DNA of 64,000 nt from a virus (IMGVR_UViG_3300032167_000004:64001-128000); one strand, 5' to 3'; numbered from the stretch's first letter, positions 1 through 10,023 are shown. Notes: generated by a model not told the origin, from the sequence alone. Program-made: numbers and translations.

Positions 1-48
1 TGTTTTACAGTAGAAAAATCACTCATAAGAGGTAGGTGCTAGAGAATT

Positions 49-2553
49 ATGATAATGAATACTATTGTAAAAGATATAAAAACTCTTGTGAATAATAGCA
101 CTATTAAGATAGATAGTGTTGCAAAACAGTATGAGACATTAGAATCTATTAGTGATTCTGATAGATATATTTCAGCAGTGCAGAAAACTGATAGATTTGA
201 TTTATATAGTACATTTGATATTGATGCTGTTGGAGAAGCTTTTACTAGTGAAACTGGACAATTGTTAATTGATGAAGAATTACAATTTCAATATGCAAAT
301 AATCCTCATCTTATCCCAGAGCAATACAAAGATAAAGTATTAAATAAACAACGAGAATATATTATTAGGGATTATGTAGAAATAAATGACTATTACAGAA
401 TGTTACATGGTTTACCAAATATTAAAACTGATGAGAGTGAATTCATCAGATTAACTGATGATCAATTATCTCGCTCAGGTATTATAAATTATGATTATAT
501 CCATACATTCTCTAATGATGAAATTTATAAAGTTGAAGAATCTGGAGTATTAAATGAAATAATATCTCAATATCCTCAATATAAATATTTAAATTATTTA
601 GGTAAGAATAAAATTGATATTGTAACTGCTAGAATTACTAATAATTTTGGTATATTAAAAATTAATAATGAATCTATTCCTGATTATTTTTATAATAAAT
701 TTTTACAGATATATGAAGAATCTCGTCAATATTTTATGACAGTTATTTATATTCAAAGTTATAGTAATAGTTATAAATTATATGATAATTTTATTGGTTT
801 ATGTATCATGTTTATGACTATTCAAAGAATAGTTTCTAGTATATTTAAATTTGGTATTGAAAGAGAATTTTATGATTGGTCATTCATACAAAATTTATAT
901 AAGACTTATAATGTACCTTTCATCAATACTCTACCCATTGAATATCATATTATAATTATTAAAAATCTTAATCATTTATTACGTTATAAATCCACAGACA
1001 AAGTTTTATTTGATATTGCATCATTATTAGGATATGAACGAATTAAAATATTTAAATATTATTTAGTTAAAAAACATAAATTGAATGAGAATGAAGAACC
1101 TATCTTTTTTTATAAATATAAAAAAGATGAAGATGGTTTTTTTGTATTTGATGATAATGGTAAACCAGTTATGGTTGAAGATATAGAACGCATGTATGAC
1201 ATATATTTTCAAAAAGTTGATATTAATACAGATAATTTACCTGCAGCTCTCCAGGATACATCAAACAGTTTACCGTATAATGAAACTATAATAGATGATC
1301 CATATTGGTATGAAGATGCTAATTTAACAGAAATGAAATATAATGAAATATATAACTATGTCGAAACGAAATATATGAGTTTAAATTTAATGTATAAAAT
1401 GAGTGAAATGTTATTTGAATTAACATATGGATTTAGAATGATAATAGATAAAAAAGATGAAATAGAAAATATAATGGTCACGTTACCTAAAATATACTTA
1501 GATACAGATTTTAAATTATTTGATGTGGTTATTTTTATGATCGCATTGATGTGTAAACTACATGGTTTTAAAGATGGATTAATTACTACTCCATCTAAAA
1601 TTTCCCATATTTATGGATTTAATTTTGATCAAAATACTATTGATGAAATAAAATCAATTATATTAGATAATAAAAAGATAATTGATCAAGATTTGTTAAA
1701 TTATTTTAATAATTTAACAATCAATGAAGCTGATGATGTTAATAATTTATTTATTAAAATTAGAGAATATAATAATTTAATTATAGATAAAATGAGATCT
1801 ACTAATAATATTGATCAATATAGATTATATAAAAAAATATTTACGATATCAATGGTATCTGAAACTCAAACTGATATGTTCAAAATATCATATCATGATA
1901 AAAATACTGGTATTATTGAAGAAACACCTGCAAAAACATATTCAGAATATCTAGAATATAAATCACCGATATTAGCTCAGATTTTAAAAGATACTACAGT
2001 AGAAAATATACCTGCTATGATGAATCATTTAATTTCTGTTATTAATGATGTCATAGAATCTATGAAGTATTTATTCATTATTAATGATAATAACAATCCT
2101 GTATTTACAGCATTAGTATCTTTAATAAACTTTTTTAAATCCTATACTGTTGATATTCATAGTTTAAATGTTATATATTTATTTGATAGCAAATACTATA
2201 ATTTATTAAAATTTGTTGAAGATATTCATTTAATAAAAGCAAATATTGATATTGATGGATCACTTGACCAACTATATACTGATGATATTTGTAGTATTGG
2301 TGTTCATTTAGGTGATTATAAAGATAAATATAAATTAAAAGATATATATGAATCGTATATGAGTATGCTATTACGTGATAAATCTAAAGATATATTTATG
2401 AAAGATAAAATTAATGACATGTCTAAACATATTGAATATAGAGGTAGTTTAGATCATCAATATAATACTGATCTATTAATTAATCATACTAGTTTGAAGC
2501 ATAAAGATAAATATAAAATGAGAGATGATATAGTATTAACTTGGGAAAGTTAA
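49..2553 (+). CDS. Large conserved jumbo-phage protein, probably virion structural (baseplate/tail)
   Basis: 834-aa ORF, upstream GAGGTAGG/GAGA RBS-like sequence, next to late structural and RNAP genes; function inferred from context only. Confidence 0.5.
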   Translation: MIMNTIVKDIKTLVNNSTIKIDSVAKQYETLESISDSDRYISAVQKTDRFDLYSTFDIDAVGEAFTSETGQLLIDEELQFQYANNPHLIPEQYKDKVLNKQREYIIRDYVEINDYYRMLHGLPNIKTDESEFIRLTDDQLSRSGIINYDYIHTFSNDEIYKVEESGVLNEIISQYPQYKYLNYLGKNKIDIVTARITNNFGILKINNESIPDYFYNKFLQIYEESRQYFMTVIYIQSYSNSYKLYDNFIGLCIMFMTIQRIVSSIFKFGIEREFYDWSFIQNLYKTYNVPFINTLPIEYHIIIIKNLNHLLRYKSTDKVLFDIASLLGYERIKIFKYYLVKKHKLNENEEPIFFYKYKKDEDGFFVFDDNGKPVMVEDIERMYDIYFQKVDINTDNLPAALQDTSNSLPYNETIIDDPYWYEDANLTEMKYNEIYNYVETKYMSLNLMYKMSEMLFELTYGFRMIIDKKDEIENIMVTLPKIYLDTDFKLFDVVIFMIALMCKLHGFKDGLITTPSKISHIYGFNFDQNTIDEIKSIILDNKKIIDQDLLNYFNNLTINEADDVNNLFIKIREYNNLIIDKMRSTNNIDQYRLYKKIFTISMVSETQTDMFKISYHDKNTGIIEETPAKTYSEYLEYKSPILAQILKDTTVENIPAMMNHLISVINDVIESMKYLFIINDNNNPVFTALVSLINFFKSYTVDIHSLNVIYLFDSKYYNLLKFVEDIHLIKANIDIDGSLDQLYTDDICSIGVHLGDYKDKYKLKDIYESYMSMLLRDKSKDIFMKDKINDMSKHIEYRGSLDHQYNTDLLINHTSLKHKDKYKMRDDIVLTWES

Positions 2554-2570
2554 TAATCTATATCTATGAA

Positions 2571-2582
2571 AACATTAATGTA
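2571..2582 (+). promoter_or_regulatory. Late-type promoter motif AACA-N6-TA
   Basis: AACATTAATGTA upstream of 2612 ORF; same motif recurs upstream of many late genes and matches the AR9 late consensus. Confidence 0.6.
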
Positions 2583-2611
2583 AGAAATTACTTAGAAAGG
2601 ATTAATATGAT

Positions 2612-3484
2612 ATGAATACATTAAATCTTAGAGATAATTTAAATAATAAAGATTCTGTGTCATTTTCTAATAAACGTAGTCCGTTTGTTAGAACTAAGAT
2701 TGTTGCAGGTTATGATCCTTATAAAGATAAAAATGGTGTAACTCAGTTTGGTGAAACTGTTTTTGAAACTGAGAATATGATTGTTCTTGGTGGTTCTTTA
2801 TTTACTCTTGAAAAAGTATTCGGTCTTAATTCTCCTATTGCTATTAGAGATTTGAGAGATGTGATGACTTTACCTTCTAAAGATACTCCTGTTACTAATA
2901 ATAAAGATACTTATGTGTGTTTATTTGGTGTAGGAACTGGTGGTGCAGGTGAAAGTATTACTGATGTTAAGGATGTAGAATACTATGAAGATACTATTTA
3001 TGACATGATTCCTTTCCGTCAGACCGAAAATGAACTTACTCCTGAGGAAACTGCTAAGTACTGGTTTAAGAAGCCTGTCACTATTAATATTGATGGTGGT
3101 CAGATTCATAAAACTGCATACTATTTAAAGAGATTTGAAACTGTTCCTGAAATTCATGTTCTTTGGAGAGATGCTGAAGGTGATGAGGATGGTTCTGAAG
3201 TCGGTGATAATGTTCATGAAACCCCTTCTACTAATACCACTCCTATTGAAACTTTCATTGAGTTGACTTTAAAAATTACTAAGAAGGATGCTAGAGAATT
3301 CTTTGATGATAATGGTAACATTGAAGCTACTCGTATTAATAGTATTGGTTTATTTACTGGTGTTCGTAATGAAGGTGATGATGATTACCAACAAATCAAG
3401 TTATTCTCTAAATTAAATATTAATAATGAGATCTTAGTTTTAGCCAAAGACCTTACTATTTCTTATAGAATTTATACTTCTTAA
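2612..3484 (+). CDS. Putative virion structural protein (baseplate/tail-associated)
   Basis: 290 aa, codon usage of a highly expressed gene, LFGVGTGG and RINSIGLF motifs of phage baseplate-like proteins, late promoter upstream. Confidence 0.5.
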   Translation: MNTLNLRDNLNNKDSVSFSNKRSPFVRTKIVAGYDPYKDKNGVTQFGETVFETENMIVLGGSLFTLEKVFGLNSPIAIRDLRDVMTLPSKDTPVTNNKDTYVCLFGVGTGGAGESITDVKDVEYYEDTIYDMIPFRQTENELTPEETAKYWFKKPVTINIDGGQIHKTAYYLKRFETVPEIHVLWRDAEGDEDGSEVGDNVHETPSTNTTPIETFIELTLKITKKDAREFFDDNGNIEATRINSIGLFTGVRNEGDDDYQQIKLFSKLNINNEILVLAKDLTISYRIYTS

Positions 3485-3501
3485 TATATAATAAAAATTA
3501 T

Positions 3502-3537
3502 AATAAGAGATACGATATATAATTCGTATCTCTTATT
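3502..3537 (+). terminator. Intrinsic terminator-like hairpin
   Basis: AATAAGAGATACGA/TCGTATCTCTTATT inverted repeat after stop codon. Confidence 0.6.
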
Positions 3538-3561
3538 TCATTTATAAGGAAGTGATTTTAT

Positions 3562-4770
3562 ATGGTAGTTTTAAAAGAAGAATATAAACAGATGTTATTA
3601 AAAATGAAACCTGATGATATTACTTCAGATTTTGTTTTTGAATATTTGGCAGATACATCTAAAAAAGTAAATGGTAAATTAGTTCAAGTTCCTAGTAAAA
3701 TTAAAACATATGATACATTTACTTTAAAAAAAGGTGAATATTTTAATACAGAAACTATCACTACTAATGTAGGATTATTTATATTTAATAAATTTCTTAT
3801 TGAAGAATCATTTAGTAAAGTAGTTGGTTATATTAATACTCCTGTTAATGCTAAAATACAGAAAAATATTGAAGCTAAAATTAGCCAGGCTTTATTAGAT
3901 GATATCATTACTGTAGAAGAAATGGTTAAATATTTAAATAAATTACAATGGTTATCTAAAGAATTTAATGCTGTTTTTTCTGGTTCTTTTACAATGAAAA
4001 CTTTAAAACCTGTTCCTAAGGTTATGAAACACAAAGAAAAACTTGTAAAAGAAAATAAAGAAGCATTAGATAAAGGTGATATTGCTGTAGCAGTTAATAT
4101 TGAAAAAGAGTTATTAGATATGGCACGAGAAGAGTTAAAAGGTGATCCTGGAATGGATTTATATAACTCAGGGGCTCGTGGTTCTTTTGATAATAACTAT
4201 AAAAATATAGCTGTTATTAAAGGACCTGTATATAATCCTGTTACAGATAAATATGACTTTGTTTCTTCTAACTTTATGGAAGGAATTAAAAAGGAAGAAA
4301 TTCCTATTGTAGCTAATAGTATTCCCGCTGGAGCATATCCGAAAGCAGTCGGAACACAAACCGGAGGCTACTACAACAAACAGATTTCCGCAGCATTTCA
4401 AGGTGTTGTTTTAGATAAACAAGGATCTGATTGTGGTACTAAATTAACTCTTGAAGTATTACTTACTGATTCTAATAAATCTCAATTCTTACATAGATAT
4501 ATTGTATCTGGTAGTAATTTAATTTTATTAGATAGTAATAATATTGATAAGTATATTAATAAAAAAGTAAAATTTAGATCACCTATGTTCTGTAAAGGTG
4601 ATAAATTATGTAGTAAGTGTGCAGGTATTCTTTATTATAAATTAGGTATTGAGAATATAGGTTTAACTGCTACCAAATTGGCTGGTACATTATTGAATCT
4701 TAATATGAAAAAATTCCATAATAGTACAGCTAATATTAAAAAGATTGATCTTAATGAAATTGACTTATAA
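3562..4770 (+). CDS. RNA polymerase beta'-like subunit, C-terminal half (probably virion RNAP, phiKZ gp80-like)
   Basis: beta' C-half motifs: SGARG, GTQTGGY (TADSGY-like), DCGT, RSPMFC...CSKCAG Zn site, NIG...MKKFH trigger-loop-like. Confidence 0.85.
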   Translation: MVVLKEEYKQMLLKMKPDDITSDFVFEYLADTSKKVNGKLVQVPSKIKTYDTFTLKKGEYFNTETITTNVGLFIFNKFLIEESFSKVVGYINTPVNAKIQKNIEAKISQALLDDIITVEEMVKYLNKLQWLSKEFNAVFSGSFTMKTLKPVPKVMKHKEKLVKENKEALDKGDIAVAVNIEKELLDMAREELKGDPGMDLYNSGARGSFDNNYKNIAVIKGPVYNPVTDKYDFVSSNFMEGIKKEEIPIVANSIPAGAYPKAVGTQTGGYYNKQISAAFQGVVLDKQGSDCGTKLTLEVLLTDSNKSQFLHRYIVSGSNLILLDSNNIDKYINKKVKFRSPMFCKGDKLCSKCAGILYYKLGIENIGLTATKLAGTLLNLNMKKFHNSTANIKKIDLNEIDL

Positions 4771-4775
4771 TTATA

Positions 4776-4804
4776 AGAGAGTATAGGAAATCCCTATACT
4801 CTCT
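4776..4804 (+). terminator. Intrinsic terminator
   Basis: AGAGAGTATAGG/CCTATACTCTCT hairpin plus T-run. Confidence 0.7.
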
Positions 4805-4823
4805 ATTTTTTATTATATTTTTT

Positions 4824-4836
4824 AAATATATATTAT
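4824..4836 (+). promoter_or_regulatory. Early promoter motif AAATATATATTAT
   Basis: Same or one-mismatch motif at 8461, 12647, 17234, 20126, 38368, mostly just after a terminator and before a gene cluster; resembles phiKZ/AR9 early TATATTA motif. Confidence 0.7.
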
Positions 4837-4880
4837 TACCTTGACATAAATATAATAAAATATTTTTAAAAAGAGGAGAA

Positions 4881-5306
4881 ATGTTTATGTTCGGATTAGT
4901 TAGTGAAATTAAATATAATCAACTTGATAAAAAATATGCATCGACTCAAAAAGAGTTAGATGATATTAAAAAGAATTGTGTAATGGTAAGAAAGTCTGAT
5001 ATGGATGTTTTAATGGCGGATATGAAAAAACTTGAAGAAGATAATAGAATGCTTCTTAAAAGATTAGAAGAATATGAAAATGTTATAGATAAAATGCGTA
5101 GATTATCTAATACACCTCTATATACCAGTACAGAATATAAAGGTTTAGATACTGATGCATATTGGGTTACTGAAGAAGGAAAACCTTTAGTGTGTAGTAA
5201 ATGTGGATATAGTTTTTGGAATGGTACCGATCAGTATGTGACCCATTGTTCGGGTTGTGGTCGTCGGATGATAAATATTGTACAGGGTAAAATTAATGAG
5301 GAGTAA
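4881..5306 (+). CDS. Coiled-coil plus Zn-ribbon protein (MFGLVS family)
   Basis: GAGGAG RBS; CSKC/CSGC motifs. Confidence 0.7.
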   Translation: MFMFGLVSEIKYNQLDKKYASTQKELDDIKKNCVMVRKSDMDVLMADMKKLEEDNRMLLKRLEEYENVIDKMRRLSNTPLYTSTEYKGLDTDAYWVTEEGKPLVCSKCGYSFWNGTDQYVTHCSGCGRRMINIVQGKINEE

Positions 5307-5929
5307 TGATTATGTTTGGTTTAGTTAGTAAAAAAGAATATGACATACTTGTAGAGCAGAACAACATGCTTAGTCGTGAAATTTCCCATTATCAACATAT
5401 TATTCATGAATCTGGATTTTGGTATATTCAAAATTATCATGAGAATTTATATAGATGCTCTAATTGTAATTCTGAATTAACTTTTACTTTGGATAGTATT
5501 CCTGCAAAATGTCCTATATGTGAAAAACATATGTATGCATTGAAAAATGATCCCAGACGTATACCTAAAAATCCTGAAGTCGAAGAACTTAAAAAGGAGA
5601 ATGAAAAACTTAAATTACAAATTTCTAGTATGCAAGTAGATATAAATGGATTAGAAGATTCTAATAGACATTATAGAGATAAGTATCTTGATATTTGTGA
5701 TGTTATGAGGGAGATCAATAATACCATATCTGATGAGAATGATCAGATTCCTAATAAATGTCCTGATTGTGGAGGTAACATTTTCTATAATTGTATAGGT
5801 CATTATGGAATGTGTATAAAATGTGGTAAGAATTATAAAATGAGTAAGATGTGGGAAACTTTAAATCTCAAGAAACCTGAAGTTCCTTGTAATAAATGTA
5901 AATATAAGAATAATACTGAGGAGAAATAA
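5306..5929 (+). CDS. Multi-Zn-ribbon coiled-coil protein (MFGLVS family)
   Basis: Five CxxC motifs; N-terminus shared with 4881 and 6474. Confidence 0.7.
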   Translation: MIMFGLVSKKEYDILVEQNNMLSREISHYQHIIHESGFWYIQNYHENLYRCSNCNSELTFTLDSIPAKCPICEKHMYALKNDPRRIPKNPEVEELKKENEKLKLQISSMQVDINGLEDSNRHYRDKYLDICDVMREINNTISDENDQIPNKCPDCGGNIFYNCIGHYGMCIKCGKNYKMSKMWETLNLKKPEVPCNKCKYKNNTEEK

Positions 5930-5931
5930 TT

Positions 5932-6201
5932 ATGCAAGAAGTTACACTCAAAGTTACTAAACGTAAAGCTATTCCATACATCGTCAATTTAAAATGTGAA
6001 TGTGGAGGTAATTTTAGTAAGTCCATACCTATAGCATATGATTATGAAACTAATACCATTAAACATACCTGTGAGAATTGTGGTAGAGTGATCAATTCTA
6101 AATATGAATTCCCATATTCTATGAATTTATCTGATGAACCTGAAGAAGAATATGGTACTTTTAATGTTCTTGAAGGATGTAAAAATACTATCGGACTATA
6201 A
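5932..6201 (+). CDS. Small Zn-ribbon protein (CxCGG...CxxCG family)
   Basis: CECGG, CENCG; GAGGAG RBS. Confidence 0.7.
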   Translation: MQEVTLKVTKRKAIPYIVNLKCECGGNFSKSIPIAYDYETNTIKHTCENCGRVINSKYEFPYSMNLSDEPEEEYGTFNVLEGCKNTIGL

Positions 6202-6232
6202 TAAAAATATAAATAAAGAGGAGAAATTAATT

Positions 6233-6463
6233 ATGGCAAAGACTATGAATAACAACACCCCTATTGTAAATACTACTATTACTGAACCCAAGCCTGCAAA
6301 TACACCTTCTAGTGTACAGTATGCATTATCTATTACCTGTCTTTGTGGTGGTAGATATGTACCTTTGACACATAAAATTGCTGATGTTAATAATGTTTTC
6401 TATAGATGTACTAAATGTGGTAGAGATATTAATATAAAGCGCACACCTATAACTAATAAATGA
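6233..6463 (+). CDS. Small Zn-ribbon protein (CxCGG family)
   Basis: GAGGAG RBS favours start at 6233 rather than 6134; CLCGG, CTKCG. Confidence 0.65.
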   Translation: MAKTMNNNTPIVNTTITEPKPANTPSSVQYALSITCLCGGRYVPLTHKIADVNNVFYRCTKCGRDINIKRTPITNK

Positions 6464-6473
6464 GGTATTCGTT

Positions 6474-6803
6474 ATGTTTGGATTTGTTAGTAAGAAAAAA
6501 TTCAAATATTGTGAAAGTGAATATATTAGAGTTAATACTGAAAATAATGAGCTTATAAAAGAGAATGAAAAACTTAAAAGATTAATGGAAATTGTAAATG
6601 AAGATAATCAAGTTCTTCGTAATGTGAATGATTTTTATCTTAAGAAATATAATGATGCAAAAAATATTATTAGAACTCTTAATAATGAAAATCCTGATAA
6701 GATTAAAATTCCTAGTAAGTGTAAAGTGTGTGATGAATTATTAAATTATAATGAAAACTTACATATTGCAGTATGTCCAAATTGTAATCAAACTTTCAAG
6801 TAA
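6474..6803 (+). CDS. Coiled-coil plus Zn-ribbon protein (MFGLVS family)
   Basis: MFGFVSKK start; CKVC/CPNC. Confidence 0.7.
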   Translation: MFGFVSKKKFKYCESEYIRVNTENNELIKENEKLKRLMEIVNEDNQVLRNVNDFYLKKYNDAKNIIRTLNNENPDKIKIPSKCKVCDELLNYNENLHIAVCPNCNQTFK

Positions 6804-6819
6804 TAGAAGGATAGTATAT

Positions 6820-7155
6820 ATGGATAGAAAAGTTATTAATAAAAGTTTTAGTAGTAACAACTACTTCTAAAATTGAATTAGAATATACTTGTGGTGGTAT
6901 CTTTAATAAGGTTCCTGGAAAAGTTGATAATAAAACTAAACGTCTTATGTATAGATGTAATAGATGCAGAATGAAGTATATCTTGATCCTAATATTACAT
7001 CTATTTAAATGGAATCTATGTCTAATAGACATATTATTGGTACTAAGTCTGTATATATTGATAAACCTTATACATGTGATTGTGGTGGTATGATATTTTA
7101 CATTGGCAATAATCCTGGTAGATGTATTAAATGTAATAAAACTTATGAGGTATAA
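6820..7155 (+). pseudogene. Frameshifted double Zn-ribbon gene (CxCGG family)
   Basis: RBS and ATG at 6820; pieces ELEYTCGG...RCNRC and TCDCGG...CIKC lie in different frames with an internal stop. Confidence 0.5.
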
Positions 7156-7157
7156 TA

Positions 7158-7427
7158 ATGAAATTTACTGAAAAGACAGTATTTAAAACAGCTAGAGCTT
7201 GTACTCCTATATATGTTGAATTAGAATGTGTATGTGGAGGTCATTATATTACTAAGGATATTAAAGTAGAAAATAAGTATCTTGCTACATGTGATAAATG
7301 TGGAGATGAAATTTATACTTTTGGAGAATATCCCCATATTGATTATCAGCCGTTTGGTAGAGATCCAATATATTCAGAACATGTACGTGCATTTGTTGAA
7401 GAAAAGGAAAAAGTAAATGAAATTTAA
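7158..7427 (+). CDS. Small Zn-ribbon protein (CxCGG family)
   Basis: TPIYVELECVCGG...CDKCG, paralog of 5932. Confidence 0.7.
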   Translation: MKFTEKTVFKTARACTPIYVELECVCGGHYITKDIKVENKYLATCDKCGDEIYTFGEYPHIDYQPFGRDPIYSEHVRAFVEEKEKVNEI

Positions 7428-7593
7428 TATTTATACACTTAATGATAATGGTTCTGGAATGAAATATTCTAATAAAGAAGATTTCATGAAAGAAATTGGT
7501 TTAATGGTAGATGACTGTACTGCTAATGGCGGTACACAATTTACTATTCATATAGATGCTGATGCAAGTTGTTTTTATAAAGATAATGAGTGA
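7417..7593 (+). CDS. Hypothetical protein, 58 aa (not in ORF track)
   Basis: AAGGA RBS; MKFNIYTLNDNGSG...DADASCFYKDNE followed by a terminator. Confidence 0.6.
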   Translation: MKFNIYTLNDNGSGMKYSNKEDFMKEIGLMVDDCTANGGTQFTIHIDADASCFYKDNE

Positions 7594-7600
7594 TTAAATT

Positions 7601-7632
7601 AATGGTAACGGATAAGATTATTCGTTACCATT
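7601..7632 (+). terminator. Intrinsic terminator
   Basis: AATGGTAACG/CGTTACCATT hairpin plus Ts. Confidence 0.6.
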
Positions 7633-7655
7633 TTATAATTTAAGGAGAATATTTT

Positions 7656-7865
7656 ATGTGTAGTACATGCAATCATACTAAGTATGAAGAATTTGAAATT
7701 GAAAATAAGTTTGGTAAAACTAAAAGATTGAGAAATACTCATGATGAATTAGATATTCATTGTGATATGAATGGTAAGAATTTTAAAATCGGTAATTTTT
7801 CTATTTTGAGATGTCCTATTTGTGGTAGAGAATTATTTGAAAATCATATGACCACTAGAAAGTGA
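7656..7865 (+). CDS. Small Zn-finger protein
   Basis: CSTC...CPICGREL; AAGGAG RBS. Confidence 0.65.
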   Translation: MCSTCNHTKYEEFEIENKFGKTKRLRNTHDELDIHCDMNGKNFKIGNFSILRCPICGRELFENHMTTRK

Positions 7866-7872
7866 ATTACAT

Positions 7873-8043
7873 ATGAGAAAACTAATTAATTATATTCGCT
7901 CATGTTTTTGTAAACATGAATGGGAAATGATATTTGATACTGAAATTCATGATCATTATAGTAGAGAAATATATAATATGTTTCATGTAAAAACATATCG
8001 TTGTAAAAAGTGTGGCTATTCTAAGAAATATAAGTCTTATTAA
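7873..8043 (+). CDS. CxH...CxxCG small Zn-binding protein, 56 aa (not in ORF track)
   Basis: CFCKHEW...RCKKCG. Confidence 0.6.
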   Translation: MRKLINYIRSCFCKHEWEMIFDTEIHDHYSREIYNMFHVKTYRCKKCGYSKKYKSY

Positions 8044-8060
8044 AAAGGAAGTATATTCTT

Positions 8061-8447
8061 ATGTTAAAAATTGTATATTGTAAAGATGGTATACCTATTT
8101 CTGATTTTAAAGTATATGAAACTGTTGATCGTATGATAGATACATATTTAACAGCTAGACATTCTAGAAGTGTATATATTGGTACAACAACTACTGTTGT
8201 ACCAATATATAACTATGAATATAGAACTTCCAGTGAGTTATGTCTTTCAGTATTTAGTCTTCGTGTTCTTGAAGAAAAAATTCCTATTAATGAAATTGAG
8301 TTTTATCTTGAAGATGAAAAATTGGAGTTTGATAAATATAAAGGTTTAAAAATTCCTAATGGTAAACAATTGGGATTTTTGGGAGAGGTAACTAGACAAG
8401 CTGTGAAAATTGGTATTGAAAAGTTGATTAGAGATAAGAAATCGTAA
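8061..8447 (+). CDS. Hypothetical protein resembling the C-terminal tail (DUF3696-like) of defence ABC-ATPases
   Basis: TSSELCLSVFSLRVLEEKIP...IEFY...FDKYKGL...GF pattern. Confidence 0.4.
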   Translation: MLKIVYCKDGIPISDFKVYETVDRMIDTYLTARHSRSVYIGTTTTVVPIYNYEYRTSSELCLSVFSLRVLEEKIPINEIEFYLEDEKLEFDKYKGLKIPNGKQLGFLGEVTRQAVKIGIEKLIRDKKS

Positions 8448-8460
8448 AGTTTATCTGATT

Positions 8461-8473
8461 AAATATATATTAT
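8461..8473 (+). promoter_or_regulatory. Early promoter motif
   Basis: AAATATATATTAT. Confidence 0.7.
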
Positions 8474-8510
8474 TTACATAAGATAATATATAGAAAGGGG
8501 GTAAACTTAT

Positions 8511-8912
8511 ATGAATAAGCATGAGTTGGAAATCATTAATTTTGTTGATACTCTCAGAAATAAAAATATTGATGTTCGATATAATGCAAAATTAATGAAT
8601 GGTGGCGCATTCATCAAAATTAATCTTAAAAATGGTGAATATGCTGAAGTTATTTGTACGGATCGCACCAACTGGAGATTCATGAACAGTAAGAATTGTA
8701 CACTATTCGGTAAAGATTATCGACCTGGTACATATATTGTTGATATTTCCGTATTCATCAATGATGTTACTAAATATTTTAATAATGAAGTTGATGATAA
8801 TCTGCTTTCTCTTACTGCACTCGGTTGGCTGAAATCTGTAAATTATTCTGCAAAGACTCATGAAGAGCGGATGATTTTGATCGATGCTGCAAGAATCGCA
8901 TATCCGTATTAA
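8511..8912 (+). CDS. Hypothetical early protein
   Basis: 133 aa, GGGGG RBS, between early promoter and terminator. Confidence 0.7.
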   Translation: MNKHELEIINFVDTLRNKNIDVRYNAKLMNGGAFIKINLKNGEYAEVICTDRTNWRFMNSKNCTLFGKDYRPGTYIVDISVFINDVTKYFNNEVDDNLLSLTALGWLKSVNYSAKTHEERMILIDAARIAYPY

Positions 8913-8926
8913 TTTTGTCACAAAGG

Positions 8927-8948
8927 GAGGGAGAGTAAAATCTCCCTC
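8927..8948 (+). terminator. Intrinsic terminator
   Basis: GAGGGAGA/TCTCCCTC hairpin plus T-rich tail. Confidence 0.6.
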
Positions 8949-8984
8949 TTTAATTTTTTATTTAAAAGAAAGGAAAAAAGTTAT

Positions 8985-9428
8985 ATGTCTGTTGTAATGG
9001 AGTTGTTGAAACCTGTAGAGGTTGAATGTCTCGGAGAATGTCCTAACAGTATAATCAAAATGATTTGGTCTGATAATAAAAATCATGATCATATTGATTT
9101 TTCAGATCTCCGTCTAATTTATAGAAAGGAAAGATTCTGGAATAGAATTGCAAATAAGTTTGAAGGACTTTCCGCTAATTATTGTCCTAATGGATATAGT
9201 AAGGGACATATTATCATTCCTGTTGATACAGTCCAGTATGCTCAGGGATATTTCTTTAATGATAGATATTTTAAGAGAAAGTATTGGTATAACGTCTGTA
9301 ATACCAAGCGTGGAATGATTGATTTCTTTAATAGATATATTGATTATTCTATGGATGGTGCTAGAGAAGCAACTAATAGGTTTATTGATTCCTGGGAAGA
9401 TGGAATGATTTTCATTTGTAGTTTCTAA
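8985..9428 (+). CDS. Hypothetical protein
   Basis: 147 aa, GAAAGGA RBS. Confidence 0.7.
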   Translation: MSVVMELLKPVEVECLGECPNSIIKMIWSDNKNHDHIDFSDLRLIYRKERFWNRIANKFEGLSANYCPNGYSKGHIIIPVDTVQYAQGYFFNDRYFKRKYWYNVCNTKRGMIDFFNRYIDYSMDGAREATNRFIDSWEDGMIFICSF

Positions 9429-9443
9429 TGGAGGTATTATTTT

Positions 9444-9839
9444 ATGATGACTGGTATTATTTTATTCTTTATACTTGCATTTCTATCTGTTCCTGTATTT
9501 ACATTAATAAAGAATAAATATTATGCTCATAGTTGGATAATATCTACTATATATGTAATATTTATCATTGTTTTAGCAATTCTTATAACATTTCTACCTA
9601 TATTAATTAGTCACTATATTGTTATCGGTGATGCTAAATCCATTTATGTATATGACGAGAGTGGTACATTATATTATGATTCAGATGAAAATATATATTT
9701 TTATTCTGAAGTTAGTGAGTGGGAATATCCACATATGGTCAATAGAGTTAATATTGAATATGAACTTGGTAAAAATATTCATAATGCCGCACATCTAATC
9801 GAAAATTCTGAATATATATTCAATTCTATGATTGAATAA
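9444..9839 (+). CDS. Two-TM membrane protein, paralog of 11272
   Basis: Two hydrophobic segments; shared GDA...GT.YYD.DEN.YF motif. Confidence 0.65.
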   Translation: MMTGIILFFILAFLSVPVFTLIKNKYYAHSWIISTIYVIFIIVLAILITFLPILISHYIVIGDAKSIYVYDESGTLYYDSDENIYFYSEVSEWEYPHMVNRVNIEYELGKNIHNAAHLIENSEYIFNSMIE

Positions 9840-10023
9840 GGGGGGATTATTTATGGGAAAGAAAACTTTATGGGAGAAGATTTATTCATTCTTTGGGTTT
9901 TGGAAATATACTTCAATCACTGATACAGGTAAATACCGAATTTATTATTGGTGTTGTTTTCCCTGGAAGTTCTATAGAAAGTTTGATATTTTCAGAATTA
10001 AGGTAAAATAAAGGAGAATTTTT

